From Trypanosoma brucei (taxonomy: Eukaryota): 64,000 nucleotides of DNA. The DNA lies in contig CH464491.1 of assembly GCA_000002445.1 (NCBI GenBank), forward strand, positions 3,424,001 to 3,488,000. The letters are read 5' to 3'. The translations under genes were made by a program, and so were the position numbers. This document shows, piece after piece, positions 46,241-57,397 of the stretch (the stretch's first letter is position 1; each line of letters begins with the position of its first letter). The notes beneath the pieces were generated by a model that did no database searches, was not told the DNA's origin, and was given only the letters and a program-made list of their open reading frames with translations.

Positions 46241-46420
46241 AAGTTTTTGCACCTCCTCCCACGTCACCTCTGAGCCTAACGTGGCTGCGGCTCCGTCACC
46301 ACCGAATCACGGGGCCCAGCTGCCACAAGTGAAGGGAGGCAGAGAGTGCAGCCGCAGACCCTCACTAGTATCCAAGCGACTAGCACCGAGCGCGCTTGCG
46401 AGGGATGCTTCCTTTTTTTT
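46241..46420 (+). ncRNA. Candidate Pol III small RNA, copy 2 (T8 at 46413-46420)
   Basis: Identical to the candidate at 28430-28609. Confidence 0.3.
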
Positions 46421-46655
46421 AAATCTTGGAGTTATTCGTGTATGGAAAGGTGAAGGTCGGCTCCTCTCAAACATTTGAGGCTGAGAGGCGATTGGAAAAA
46501 GGTCTATTCTTTCTTTTTGGGAAACTACCTACAATGGTTGCAGTGCGGTCCGTGGGCGAAATATTCTTCACCCGCCTCCGCGAAGGTGCGTTCGGTGTTG
46601 GCATTATTTTTACCCACCGTGAGTTTACTTGGCTTCAGGAAGTTGCATGCCCTCC

Positions 46656-47888
46656 ATATGTATGGGTTGGCGGAAGTCTAAATCGCACGTTAAATCCGTT
46701 CGGGCAGCGGCCACGTAGTTTCAAATAAGTGAGTAAGAGCGGGGCGGGAGGGGATACAGTGAAAGAAATTGCGCAAGAAAACTGGAGGAATAGATGCTGT
46801 CCACGCGTTTTCAAAGTGGTTGACCGCTTGGTTAATATGTGCGAAGCCAGTTCCCTGTTGCACGCCTCCGGGCACTCTTCCTTCTACGACAATACTCGCC
46901 AAGTGGCTCTTGTTCAGTGGCGCGAGGGCGTATGCCAACGCAGCGCCGACGGGCCACCCAAATGCCGAGGTAGATATGGAACGTGCCGCGGGAATGGGGG
47001 AGCAGCTGTAGGCGCTCAGGGCAGCCCTTTTTATGGCATTGCCGCTGGAAGATTGACTTAGGGGAGTGTGCAAGCAGTCTGCGAGGCATCACGTGGCAAT
47101 GCATACAGAAGTTGAAGGTGGCAACCTCCACTGTGCTGCGTTCTGGAGCACGGAGGTAATCAGGGACAGTCCCTCTCAGGAAAGAGCGGAAAAGCAGAGA
47201 GAATTTGGGGTGCCGTAGCAACCGGGGAAACAGCCTAAACCCAAACGGTGTAAAACATGAGGGTGCATTATTCGCCCCCTTCTCCGTGAGCTGATGGCAG
47301 GATTCGCCGGCACAGGCTGGTCCAAGGCTCTCGTGCCGATATCACGATTTTCGTTAGCCTGCCTCATCGCAACCGTTTCGCACTCAGTAAAATACGGTAT
47401 GAAAGGTGTCGGGTTATACCGCTGATCTGTGTGGCAACCGAATTCACAACCCCCAAAGAATGGCCCTTCAGTTTGGATGGGGTTGCTGAAAGCGCTTCTA
47501 GATACACCTATGAGGGGATTCTAGGGACGATACAAGTTCCGTAATGCTTCCGTCGCGTGCTCCAGGATGTCTTGGCCCTGTGGCCACTTCGTCGCAGACT
47601 AAAAGTAACGAGGTGTGCCACTCCCGTCTGGGTCACACCGTCCAGGCAGTGCACGGGCCGCTGATACCTTTGTGGCAGCCGGCAGCATCAATGTTGGCGC
47701 GTTGGTGTTGGCTTCTTAATATTAGGTAGATCCAGCGGTGGGAGACTGGCGGGATGTGTGTGTGTGCGTGGGGAGGGGGGTTGCGTCTTTAGAACTCACG
47801 GCAGGGCAATGTCATTGGTGCGTTTGGGGGGCGATAGTAGGGGCCCGTTTGCGGAAGGGGTAAACAACAGATCTTATAACTTCCCACG
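46656..47888 (-). repeat. Inverted-repeat arm B1 (inverted copy of arm A 41913-43146), ending at the scaffold gap
   Basis: Reverse complement of arm A. It is a tandem partial duplicate of B2. Confidence 0.85.
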
Positions 47889-47988
47889 NNNNNNNNNNNN
47901 NNNNNNNNNNNNNNNNNNNNNNNNNNNNNNNNNNNNNNNNNNNNNNNNNNNNNNNNNNNNNNNNNNNNNNNNNNNNNNNNNNNNNNNN
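47889..47988. other. Assembly gap (100 N)
   Basis: Run of exactly 100 n characters. Confidence 1.
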
Positions 47989-48982
47989 GTAAGAGCGGGG
48001 CGGGAGGGGATACAGTGAAAGAAATTGCGCAAGAAAACTGGAGGAATAGATGCTGTCCACGCGTTTTCAAAGTGGTTGACCGCTTGGTTAATATGTGCGA
48101 AGCCAGTTCCCTGTTGCACGCCTCCGGGCACTCTTCCTTCTACGACAATACTCGCCAAGTGGCTCTTGTTCAGTGGCGCGAGGGCGTATGCCAACGCAGC
48201 GCCGACGGGCCACCCAAATGCCGAGGTAGATATGGAACGTGCCGCGGGAATGGGGGAGCAGCTGTAGGCGCTCAGGGCAGCCCTTTTTATGGCATTGCCG
48301 CTGGAAGATTGACTTAGGGGAGTGTGCAAGCAGTCTGCGAGGCATCACGTGGCAATGCATACAGAAGTTGAAGGTGGCAACCTCCACTGTGCTGCGTTCT
48401 GGAGCACGGAGGTAATCAGGGACAGTCCCTCTCAGGAAAGAGCGGAAAAGCAGAGAGAATTTGGGGTGCCGTAGCAACCGGGGAAACAGCCTAAACCCAA
48501 ACGGTGTAAAACATGAGGGTGCATTATTCGCCCCCTTCTCCGTGAGCTGATGGCAGGATTCGCCGGCACAGGCTGGTCCAAGGCTCTCGTGCCGATATCA
48601 CGATTTTCGTTAGCCTGCCTCATCGCAACCGTTTCGCACTCAGTAAAATACGGTATGAAAGGTGTCGGGTTATACCGCTGATCTGTGTGGCAACCGAATT
48701 CACAACCCCCAAAGAATGGCCCTTCAGTTTGGATGGGGTTGCTGAAAGCGCTTCTAGATACACCTATGAGGGGATTCTAGGGACGATACAAGTTCCGTAA
48801 TGCTTCCGTCGCGTGCTCCAGGATGTCTTGGCCCTGTGGCCACTTCGTCGCAGACTAAAAGTAACGAGGTGTGCCACTCCCGTCTGGGTCACACCGTCCA
48901 GGCAGTGCACGGGCCGCTGATACCTTTGTGGCAGCCGGCAGCATCAATGTTGGCGCGTTGGTGTTGGCTTCTTAATATTAGG
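47989..48982 (-). repeat. Inverted-repeat arm B2 (inverted copy of arm A about 42082-43075)
   Basis: Identical to B1 with an offset of 1256 bp. It diverges at 48983 into a 505-bp insertion that contains the ~205-bp repeat. Confidence 0.85.
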
Positions 48983-49486
48983 TCCCTGGCGATGCCGGCC
49001 ACCTCAACGTGGTGCCAGGGTCCAGTACCCCGTATCATCGGGGGAAGCCAAGAGCCAGCAGAGTTCCTTTCATGGGGAACACTGCTGTGCTCCGGCTACG
49101 GCATCATACAGCACAGGGATCAGCAGCGTCTTGCTGGGACACCGTTTTTCATTTGTCTGTCCCTGGGCACGTGCCAGCGTGCCATCAGCAGTATCATCCG
49201 CACTAAGATGCTGCTGTCCGGTGATGTGGAACTCCAAAAAAGGATTGCCAATTGGCATCTTTTGGAGAGTCCAGGGTGGGAGGCTTCTCGCCCCATCTGC
49301 TGTATTCCGTTCATATGCGGAAATACAACAAAAATTATAGAGGGTGTGTTAGGATGAATGAAAAAGAGAGACTCTGCCACAGTCGCCAGACCGATAGCAT
49401 CTCAGGGCTCTACGGTGATGGCTGATGGCCGCGCCAGTGGGGGGAAACTCTCACGAAGGCACGAAGAAAATTCTAAAAAAAAAAAA

Positions 49487-49931
49487 TAATATTAGGTAGA
49501 TCCAGCGGTGGGAGACTGGCGGGATGTGTGTGTGTGCGTGGGGAGGGGGGTTGCGTCTTTAGAACTCACGGCAGGGCAATGTCATTGGTGCGTTTGGGGG
49601 GCGATAGTAGGGGCCCGTTTGCGGAAGGGGTAAACAACAGATCTTAATAACTTCCCACGCAATCAAGACTTGAGGCAAATTCATCATTAGAGACACAACG
49701 ACTCCTTCCATCATGTCTTTGTGTCGAGCCCTCTGTGTGGAAACGCAGTCCGAGACCCAATACACACATAACACCTTCATTGCACCGGCGGGTTCGAAAA
49801 AGGAACCACCCCACAGGCGACGGCTACACAGGCTAGGGCTTTTGCATCCCACAGCGGATCATGCGATGAATTTGATTCAAGCAAAAGCCTCGCCGAAACA
49901 TCCACCGCTGCTGCTTTTTTCAAGGCATCAG
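49487..49931 (-). repeat. Inverted-repeat arm B3 (inverted copy of arm A 41638-42082), overlapping the 3' end of the CDS at 49777-51102
   Basis: Reverse-complement identity with arm A. Coordinates map as xA + xB = 91569. Confidence 0.9.
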
Positions 49932-51102
49932 TTAATGGCGGTGCCTTTCTGGAGGATATGCAAAAACCTGAGGCCGCAAATAGGGGGTGGCGGGTGAGGT
50001 CGACAACTTTCGCCTCATGCGGTGATTTGAGAAGGTTACACCCAACTTCCTCTTCTTCGTTGGGGTGATAGTTGCCCTTTCCAGTCCCTTCGGGAGGTTT
50101 GGCCGCCTGGTTTGCCGTGGCGCCGCACAGTTGCAGGCTATTTTTAATGGCCTTTGCGTCCATGTTTCCATAGGTGTAGAATTTCACTCCTCCAACGTGG
50201 GCCCGTGCACTTATGAGGGCCGACCACGTACGACTCAACTCGCGCGGGAGCTCCTCCAAGCTCTTACATTCCTTGTACTGTACACCGCAGCTATCTAGGG
50301 GATGGTCGCCGGGTTTGCTGTGTGCCTTGCGCTCGCTCTGAGCTGACGAAATGCGGCGGTGTTCTTGAGCCACTCGTTGGAGTTCCGATTCAACGGTGTC
50401 TCCGCACGCGGAGAGCCATTGACACCAGGCATCGTCTGTGGTAAAGTTTTTTCGCAGAAGATCCTGCAGAACTTGTGGGTGTTGCTTCATCAGAAAGGAA
50501 ATGGCCCAACGTTGGCGTCCCCCATTTCCGTAAGTCCGTAGGTGGTCTAAATGGGCTGAAGCATCCCGGAACTCGGCTGAATTTACCGCCGCCACATGAA
50601 GTGCGCGAAGCCATGTCTTATCAAGGCGTCGAATGTTTGGGATGCTATGCGGGCAAAGAGTCTCCAAACCTGCCTCCGACCGCACTATGCGCAACATTTT
50701 CTCATAGTTCCTCGGCAACTTCTCTTTCCCGGTTGTGGACGGGTGGGGCTCGACGGCCGTAAGAGACTGTTTGCTGCCTACCGCCGTTTCTCCCTGAAGC
50801 AGTGGCATGAGACAGTGCCCGCAAGGTAGCACATCGGCATGCCGCATAACCTCCGTCGGATCCAAGCTCAAGATGGTGGAACCGCCGGACGTTATCATGC
50901 ACGGCCTCGCGGATTGTTCGGCATGAGCTTGAGCCTTGGCAACCCCCGTTCCGCTCCTTGCGTGACCTACAGAATGGGTTTGTCGCAAGGGCGCCTTGAA
51001 GGAGGCGAACGGTACAAAGGCAATAGAGCTTACTATCACACGCCCCTTCGTTTTAACAAACTCGCAGTCGAGTGCAATTGACATCGGCACTCTGCGGTTC
51101 AT
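49777..51102 (-). CDS. Hypothetical protein, 441 aa (the N-terminal IALDCEFVKTKGRVIV weakly resembles the Exo I motif of a DEDD exonuclease)
   Basis: ATG verified. Minus-strand ORF. The motif resemblance is weak, and no Exo II or Exo III motifs were recognised. Confidence 0.5.
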   Translation of the reverse strand: MNRRVPMSIALDCEFVKTKGRVIVSSIAFVPFASFKAPLRQTHSVGHARSGTGVAKAQAHAEQSARPCMITSGGSTILSLDPTEVMRHADVLPCGHCLMPLLQGETAVGSKQSLTAVEPHPSTTGKEKLPRNYEKMLRIVRSEAGLETLCPHSIPNIRRLDKTWLRALHVAAVNSAEFRDASAHLDHLRTYGNGGRQRWAISFLMKQHPQVLQDLLRKNFTTDDAWCQWLSACGDTVESELQRVAQEHRRISSAQSERKAHSKPGDHPLDSCGVQYKECKSLEELPRELSRTWSALISARAHVGGVKFYTYGNMDAKAIKNSLQLCGATANQAAKPPEGTGKGNYHPNEEEEVGCNLLKSPHEAKVVDLTRHPLFAASGFCISSRKAPPLTDALKKAAAVDVSARLLLESNSSHDPLWDAKALACVAVACGVVPFSNPPVQ

Positions 51103-52404
51103 TTCATTCGCTACTGTTTAGCACCTAATTGAGGGGGAAAAGTGCACCGCTGCACGACAGGCAGAAAGGAAAGCATTGACTATCCACTGAGAGATGTACA
51201 ACACCAAAACAGGTGACTGGGGTCCACCCACGTGGTAGGAATGCTTGAGGAAGGGTGTGAGGCGGGGCCGAATGCAGTGATCGACAGAGTGCCTCTGCAC
51301 ACATGAAAGGAACCACTGCACCACGAACATGTGGTCACCTTCCTACCGCCTTCTCGCTATCCGGAAACAAGTGTCTCCCACTTGCATCCTAAACGATTCC
51401 ATCGCCGCCACTGTATGCGTTCATACCACATAGCGTTCCCAAAGTTCTGAATTTGCACCTGCTGACTGTCCGTTGGGATTGTGAGGGATAATTGACGAAA
51501 AAAAAAGCGAAAAAAATGCATACGTATGGTCATAAAAGTATGAGGGGGTGAAAAGGGATAAAGCGCATCTCCACTAAACCCTCGAAGAAAACAAGGATCC
51601 ACCCACATTTTCATATTCAAGCTTCCATCCCTCACGTTTTCTGGCACAATGATTTCCTTCACTTTCTCCAGCCTTGCTCAAGCACACGCACACACGTATG
51701 CACAAATAAATTTCCATTCCTGCCAATCGCGGGCGCTCTCGACAAGAGAGAAGGCGGTGCGGCGCTCCACCTTAAACAATAAGAAGGATTCCAGCATGCA
51801 TTATAGTGTGCTAACACGTGAAAAAACAAGAAAGGTCCAGATATACTCCACCCCACCCCCCTTTCCCCCCCTGCAGGCGTTTTGGCGAGATGCACCGTTA
51901 TAATGACACCAGCCAAAGAATGCAGCTCCTTAACTCCTCCACTCCTAACCCACACAAACGCCTTCTTCACTTATCTCGATTCCTTGACGTCACACTCGCG
52001 CGAGCATTCCTACCCGTGCTGCTTCTAGCTAACCCCTACTATAGTGTTATTATTATTATTATTATCATTGTCATTAACCTATTCAAGATCGACCCTCATG
52101 TCTTTTTTTTTTTTTTGCATTTCATTGGCTTTGTTCACTTTTTTGTACTGCGGGTAAATCCCACACCTCTTTGGTCGCCAAAATTAAGGAAAACTGAGAG
52201 CACCACCACTCTGTCTCGTCGCTTTCCCAATTTCCTTTTATGGTCGATCTCTCCCGTTTTACCCACGCGCTCACTTCGTGCTTGCTCTGTATTTATACTT
52301 ATTCTCATTACTTATACTTTTCCCCCCGAAAAACACTAACACACGCAGCGGCTTGCAGTGCACGAAACGATACCGAGCTGACGTCCGCTCCCTGTTTCCT
52401 CCCC

Positions 52405-54087
52405 TTAGATGAACTCGAGGGACTCCACAAAGGCGTTCATGTCACGCTCGAACTTCTTCCAGAGGCCCACCGCCATTTCCCACCGTATTAATGTCGTCCT
52501 GCCCTCCCGAACGAAGATAAAAACTTTTCCCCGGATTTCCATGCGCTGCCCTGGCATGATTTCCTCCATGCTCTGCGATATAAACGTTAGACAAGGCTCA
52601 CCGTTTACCGTGGTTCGGGCGATGTCTCGGATACCCCCCTCCTCCGCCTCTTGCCTCATGCGTGCCTCCCATTCTTCAACGGATCCCATGCACTCGGGGT
52701 CATTTTCGGGAGTCCCAACACGCATAGTTACAGTGGGCGGGTGGTCGCCGCCCTCAGCCCCATCCAATCCTTGCGGAGCGTACGCAACGGAACCCCCGCC
52801 AATACGACTCGCCACGAGGCGGCTCCCCCCCACAACATTTACACGGTAGCCATGTTCTTTATTTACGAATGTTCCTCCCTTCTTTGGCTTTGGTTCTGCC
52901 GTTGAGGGCGAGACAGACTTGACGATGCTTACAAGCATCTGTTCGTCTAAATACGAGTTGGATTTTTGCAAGGGCTTCACGACAAGCGAATAGCCATTGT
53001 AAGTGAACGTTTTTTTTTCCTGCTTGCCGTCCAGAGCAATTTGAACCTCAACGCCATCCATCACCTTTTCACTTCGCAGCTTGTGTGGGGTAACGGGGAC
53101 TCCACCCTGATGGTACAAGCCGATTTCCTCCTTCTTTGTGGGTGAAGTTGTTGTCATCACCGCTAGAGCGCCATCTCCCCCAGGGTATTCATAAACCCAC
53201 GTTGTGTCAATGTCTACTTTCACGGAGCCGGTGAGCAGCTCCACATATCCCAGGGCTGTGGATATATTGCTCTCTATGCGCACGTTGTTGGCTATGTCCA
53301 TAAACATGGAGCGATACCTCTGCATCACATCAGGTGACCCCATGATTTGGAATGTATAGGCGACGCTTCCACGCACCTCAATGAGGTTAAGCACAACAAT
53401 ATCGCAGAAAGGAGGGAGACTTTGCGAATACTCAAGCATATGCCGGAACGGCCCCACCTTCGTAGAAGTGTTCTTTGACACTTTCGGCTCGATAGCACCA
53501 CCTGACATCATCATCATCTGACTTACCGCCAGCTCTTTGCAGCGGTCTTTAAATTCATCGAGGTTGACGTTATCTGCGCGGACGTCCTCCACCGACAGGA
53601 CAATCATCGGTACCGATCCCGGCTGTTGCGCCACTTCCTCCGTCACTAGTTCCTCGTTCCAGACAGTAAGCATCGCCACGTTCGGGAATGGGGATAGATC
53701 CTCTCGAACCTTCCACGGAGAAGGGACTGTCAGCGACAAGCCCAGTTGGGGAAATTCCTTACGATCCCCCATAGTTCCCTTGCTTGACGTCCCCGCTGCG
53801 CTCGCTGTAGAAGTAGCGGGTCCGGTCCTCGGGCTTTCCGCTCCGATTTCCCTCAGCGCTTCCGCGAGCAGCTGGTTCTCAACAGACAAATCGTTACACA
53901 CGGGGCTCTTTGTCATCCCTACTTCCACTTTGGATTTCTCATGGGCACCAGACAATATGGGCGCAGTGAAGGCGTCATCATCTTCTGCTTCACTAAGAAG
54001 CCTCCGCCTCCTGATAAAGTACGCCGCCGCTCCAACAGCCGCCGCAGCACCTGCCACTACCGCGATAGTTTTCCGCTTTGAAGGCAT
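52405..54087 (-). CDS. Hypothetical protein, 560 aa, with an N-terminal hydrophobic anchor (IAVVAGAAAAVGAAAYFIRRRR)
   Basis: ATG verified. One N-terminal transmembrane-like segment followed by basic residues (signal-anchor-like). No catalytic motif recognised. Confidence 0.5.
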   Translation of the reverse strand: MPSKRKTIAVVAGAAAAVGAAAYFIRRRRLLSEAEDDDAFTAPILSGAHEKSKVEVGMTKSPVCNDLSVENQLLAEALREIGAESPRTGPATSTASAAGTSSKGTMGDRKEFPQLGLSLTVPSPWKVREDLSPFPNVAMLTVWNEELVTEEVAQQPGSVPMIVLSVEDVRADNVNLDEFKDRCKELAVSQMMMMSGGAIEPKVSKNTSTKVGPFRHMLEYSQSLPPFCDIVVLNLIEVRGSVAYTFQIMGSPDVMQRYRSMFMDIANNVRIESNISTALGYVELLTGSVKVDIDTTWVYEYPGGDGALAVMTTTSPTKKEEIGLYHQGGVPVTPHKLRSEKVMDGVEVQIALDGKQEKKTFTYNGYSLVVKPLQKSNSYLDEQMLVSIVKSVSPSTAEPKPKKGGTFVNKEHGYRVNVVGGSRLVASRIGGGSVAYAPQGLDGAEGGDHPPTVTMRVGTPENDPECMGSVEEWEARMRQEAEEGGIRDIARTTVNGEPCLTFISQSMEEIMPGQRMEIRGKVFIFVREGRTTLIRWEMAVGLWKKFERDMNAFVESLEFI

Positions 54088-54592
54088 TTTTTCCGCTTAA
54101 AAAAATGTATTGTCTCTCCTCTTTCCTTTTTTCCTCAAAGAAGAAGGGCGAAAATTAAAGAAAAGTTCTTCCTTGCAGCGAATCGAGACCGACGTATGTG
54201 TGTTTATTCCCTTCCCTCAGAAGTTCCTTTTCTATCTGCTTTCCGCTCCCTTTTCTGTCCTGCAGTACGGGTATGTTAAGTGATATTAACCCCGCCTCGT
54301 TTAATTAAATGCAGACCTTACCGTGGACCCTTACGTGTGCCTATGAACTCAAAATGAAAACACCACCCGGCGTGGAAGCGAGAGAAAAAGATGAGGAGGG
54401 AAAAAAGGTGGATGTCGCGTTTACTCATAGCCGCCGGTGCCCCCTCCCTCTGTTCCCACAACACAAGGGACCGATCGTGTTCCGCTCCGGTGTTCGCAGG
54501 TGAAAGGGCTACCGGAGCAGAGAACATTGGGAATGGGAGGGTCAACAACGCGTATTATGTCACACTTATCTCCTTCTTTGTGCATGAATTAA

Positions 54593-56149
54593 AAAAGCAT
54601 AAAGAGGACCTCATTATTTCACCTACGCACTCCGTGGAAAGTAAATTATTACCTCTTACAGTTCTTCGGGCCATTGTATCCTCTGTTCGACGGTGTAACA
54701 TTACTGTGGAGATTCTCCGTTCCCGGTCAACTCGCCTTCGCACCGCATACAACTGGACACCAGACTATTTAAAGACGCGGCCCTCAAGAACGGGTTTCGG
54801 AATGGTCGGACCCTCCCAGCACAGGTAGTCCGTAATTCGTTCCCTTTGGGCGCTCACGTCGGGGATCTCTTCCCAGTCAAACAACTCCGTGTCTTCCACA
54901 TCTTTCACGATCTCCGGCATACCCTTACCCCGGAACACCCACAACGCAACGATGTCGTGCTTCTTCTCTTCCCCGATGATTAGGGCAACCCCAAACGCGT
55001 ACTTGCGTGTGTGCTCCATGCGCTGAAACCACCCACGGACGAGGTTCGCTGTCATGAATTGCATCTTGTTATCTTCGTTGTACTTGTAGCGACACCAGAA
55101 CGATGTGTACCCAGCCGCGTCGTAGTTTTGGAAGAAGTATGGTGCCGCCACCGTGCGTGTGTCGTTGTTGCTGTACTCGCGCTTGAATGCATCCAGAACA
55201 AATGGGCTCGGTGGGAGCTCGTCCAGCGGGTTCGGCTTCTTCTTTTCCTTCGGGACATCATCATCATCATCATCCTTCGGAGCGGGCTTGGGAGCCTTCT
55301 CCGCCTTAGGTGCTTGCTGCTCTGCCTTTTTAGCCTTCACTGGCCCGAAAGTTGCACCCTGGGATTTTAGTACTTCCACTGTCTTGGGTTGTTGCATCAC
55401 CGTGTTGTACAATCGGTAGACATTCCTGTACTTCTTTGTCAGGGCTTCACCCTCCGCAGCATTCGCACGGTAGTGAAATTGAAGGGCAAACGCGACGCAG
55501 ATGTCTGCGACGGTCAAACGCTCACCAACCAGGAATGTGCGCGTCTCCAGCCATGTCTCAAGGCCACCAAACACCTCGTGCACGGAATCCATCGCATCGA
55601 CTGGGATGGGCACACCGCGGTATATGTTTAAACCAAATGGCTTTGCGGCAGTATCGAGTTCCGTTGCGGCGAAATCCAACCACATGTCCACCTGGCTGCC
55701 CTCAAAGGGTGTGCGGCCGTACAGAAAACTGCCGCTTTTGTCAAGTCGTGCGATGTGTCGGACGATCGCGTTTGACTCGAAGATACATCCGTCCTCCGTC
55801 TGGAGCACAGGGTAGCGGCAGCACGGACTGCAGTTGCGGCGATACTCCTCCGTCTCGTTCTCTCGCCCATATTCACACGCCTTCACCGTCACAGGAACGT
55901 TTGCAAAGGCAGCAACCACCAGTAGCTTGAGGTTGCGGGCGTTTTCGTGGTGTGGCTGAAACCAGAGTGTGAGAGACATTGCTTTACTGTTGAGAGTAGT
56001 GTCAGAACTTATATCTACGAAACGCAGGTGTAAATCAAAGAGGGTGTAAAGGGGGGGGGGTGGAATGGAAGGACAGAAACCAGAAGATGGGGCCTGGAAC
56101 GTGAGCAAATTAACTGCCGCCTCTTCAGCAACGGTTGTTTCCAACTTGT
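54593..56149 (-). repeat. Segmental duplication, copy 2 (EF-1 gamma)
   Basis: See 12196-13749. Confidence 0.9.
54765..55979 (-). CDS. EF1G: Elongation factor 1-gamma, copy 2 (404 aa, protein identical to copy 1)
   Basis: Same CDS with one synonymous CTG to TTG change. The track ORF of 547 aa is an artefactual upstream extension through the unique 5' flank. Confidence 0.9.
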   Translation of the reverse strand: MSLTLWFQPHHENARNLKLLVVAAFANVPVTVKACEYGRENETEEYRRNCSPCCRYPVLQTEDGCIFESNAIVRHIARLDKSGSFLYGRTPFEGSQVDMWLDFAATELDTAAKPFGLNIYRGVPIPVDAMDSVHEVFGGLETWLETRTFLVGERLTVADICVAFALQFHYRANAAEGEALTKKYRNVYRLYNTVMQQPKTVEVLKSQGATFGPVKAKKAEQQAPKAEKAPKPAPKDDDDDDVPKEKKKPNPLDELPPSPFVLDAFKREYSNNDTRTVAAPYFFQNYDAAGYTSFWCRYKYNEDNKMQFMTANLVRGWFQRMEHTRKYAFGVALIIGEEKKHDIVALWVFRGKGMPEIVKDVEDTELFDWEEIPDVSAQRERITDYLCWEGPTIPKPVLEGRVFK

Positions 56150-57397
56150 GTAAGGAAACATAAACTCTCAGTGGCGATGCCAGAGTGATGGTACATGCCT
56201 CTGAAGTGTTATTTGAAGCAGTCCCACATGTGAAGCATTTACTGTTTAACCCCTCGAAGACGGAGTCGTGTTTCTCTTTACTTTTCATATTCGTGATGCC
56301 TCGCATCATGCACAAAGGCAAATCGCTCTCCTCCACTTTAAAATACATTTGTCTCTCACGCATGCAGTGTGGGGGAGGGGACGGTAAAACGCTACAAGGG
56401 ACCCACACTGCGACATAAAAACTGTCTGAACACCACTCTAGTGTTTATAGTTATCATGAAGTACTAAACCGCTCAGTACGCAGCGCGAGTGTAACGGAAG
56501 GATGGACGGCTGTGTGGGAGAAACGCCACCATCGCAGTACCGCTCATTTAGGAGTGCTACAGCGGTCTCTGGTAAAGGGAGTGAGTGGAGCACGCAATGA
56601 CATGCAAGCAGAAAATGTTTTTGGCACTCCATCGATTTGGAAACAAACACACGCGATATCTTTTACCTCCCCCTTCTTCACTTTTCCATTTTTTTCTTCC
56701 CCTAGCTCCCACCGCCTCCATTCCACGTTTCAACAAGCACTAAGCACCGTTGCGGCAAAACAGGCCTTAGAAGCGCGGGCATACAAACAAAAAATGTTTG
56801 GATACACAAATGCCACAAAAAAAAAAAACGTCGGTTTAGCAAACAAACGCACACAAAGGAAAAATAATAACGATAAAAAAAAACATTACCCTTGAACGTT
56901 AGTAGTGAGGTGGCTGAAAGCGCGCGCGCCCGCGCATGTCTTCGTTTTTACCTTTCGTAGAGGAAACAACAACCACGTGAACATGCGAGGAGTTGAAAAT
57001 GCATGTGGGGATAGGAACCGCTGCGCGAGCATTGTTTTATTTTGTATGTGCGATTACGTTACCGAAGAGGACGTTTAATACATATTTATTAACTGGAAAA
57101 TTTTGGCAGATGGCCCAGCAAGCGCGTGCCTTTCGTTTTTTTTCCCCATGGCCGTCGGGGTAGCCACTCACGTGTGTCATATGGGGAATTGGCGGATGGT
57201 ACAGTGGAAGAAAACAAACGGAAATAGCAAAACATCCAAAGATACAGAGCAGCACCTCCCACGTCTTGGGCAACCGGAAAACACCGAGAGAGGCTTCAAA
57301 ATGAAGGAAAAAAAAGGAGCAAATGAAGGAACAAGCAAACGGAAAAATGATAATCAAAGTTGAAGAAACAGCTCCTCTCACTCCCAGCCTACACGTC

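Larger units (their letters stand above)
46162..46652 (+). repeat. 491-bp tRNA-Phe module, copy 2
   Basis: See 28351-28841. Its right end abuts inverted-repeat arm B1 (46656). Confidence 0.9.

Noticed and set aside
49777-51102. Calling the 441-aa protein a DEDD 3'-5' exonuclease
   Set aside because: Only the N-terminal Exo I-like stretch (ALDCEFV...GRVIV) is recognisable. No convincing Exo II or Exo III motifs. Left as hypothetical with a note.
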